Origin: a virus
Taxonomy: Duplodnaviria; Heunggongvirae; Uroviricota; Caudoviricetes
Length of the DNA stretch: 25,110 nucleotides
Reading direction: 5' to 3' (one strand)
IMG/VR virus record: IMGVR_UViG_2648501787_000018
Shown here: piece by piece, positions 24,637-25,110 of the stretch
Numbering within the stretch: the first letter of the stretch is position 1
How the letters are laid out: each line of letters begins with the position of its first letter
Translations under genes and position numbers: made by a program
The notes under the pieces: generated by a model
Databases searched by the model: none
What the model was told of the DNA's origin: nothing
Seen by the model: the letters and a program-made list of their open reading frames with translations, nothing else

Positions 24637-25110
24637 TCAGAGGCCCTGACATTGCTGTCGGTTATTCAATAAATCATGATAATAAGCCTTGATCGCATCA
24701 TTTGAGATGATTGACGAGCCAATACCATTATAAGCTTGTGACCAAGGCGTACCTGGCATATGAGTTAGAGTTGATAACTCAATTCCATTTTTCGAGCCGT
24801 AAAACTTATAAACAGCCCCGATAATGCTCTCTGCTTGCGGATCCATAGTAACGATGCCACCAAAAGGAGCTACTGCTACATTCGTAACAGGTTTATTCCC
24901 ATAGTCTTTGAAAGCATCGTACATTCCAGGAATAACTGGACCGTACTTCCACGCGGAGACACATTCATTGAGCAAAGGCTTACCTGTTAATGCTAAATAG
25001 TAACCATGGGCAATATAAGTAAGCTTCTGCAGTTGCATGTGGGTCAGAGGATTATGATGTTGGTTTCCCAACGTTATGAATTTATTGGCTATTTGTACCG
25101 GACTGTACAT
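24637..25110 (-). CDS. Panacea-domain (DUF4065, GepA/SocA/PanA-like) protein; start codon at the window edge
   Basis: PVQIANKFITLGNQHHNPLTHMQLQKLTYIAHGYYLALTGKPLLNECVSAWKYGPVIPGMYDAFKDYG matches the DUF4065 pattern (A.yfi...lt.lkLqKLlY.a.g..La..g.pLf.e...AW.yGPV...vY). ATG occupies 25110-25108, so true upstream extent is unverified. Confidence 0.65.
   Translation of the reverse strand: MYSPVQIANKFITLGNQHHNPLTHMQLQKLTYIAHGYYLALTGKPLLNECVSAWKYGPVIPGMYDAFKDYGNKPVTNVAVAPFGGIVTMDPQAESIIGAVYKFYGSKNGIELSTLTHMPGTPWSQAYNGIGSSIISNDAIKAYYHDLLNNRQQCQGL

Overview
The window reads as a lambdoid prophage of an Escherichia-type host (about 4.6-25.1 kb) abutting a separate P4-type integrase island (about 1-4.6 kb). 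Minus strand of the prophage, right to left: cro-like, CII-like, Rha, replication initiator with internal ori iterons, PerC-like, phage Dam methyltransferase, LexA-DBD-only protein, RusA, KilA-N, DUF968, antiterminator Q, an AT-rich moron, a second orphan methyltransferase, a lambda-like lysis cassette (holin, R, Rz/Rz1), putative cos, Nu1-like small terminase and a large terminase cut off at 331 aa. Plus strand: a CI-type repressor, a roughly 650 bp non-coding leader, then a CPS-53-like operon (YfdP/Q/R/S-like sizes and order, DUF551, Ead-like, 3'-5' exonuclease, PrtN/Xis-like). At the right edge is a convergent AT-rich two-gene module, a Panacea (DUF4065) protein followed by a two-TM membrane protein, which I rate as the best candidate for an undescribed toxin-antitoxin or abortive-infection system. 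The island carries a P4/IntS-like integrase, AlpA, a BRO-N protein, an opposite-strand RHH plus SWIM-like zinc-finger pair, and a partial primase-like gene. No tRNA, rRNA or CRISPR array was seen. All family assignments are from reading the translations and from memory; no searches were run.
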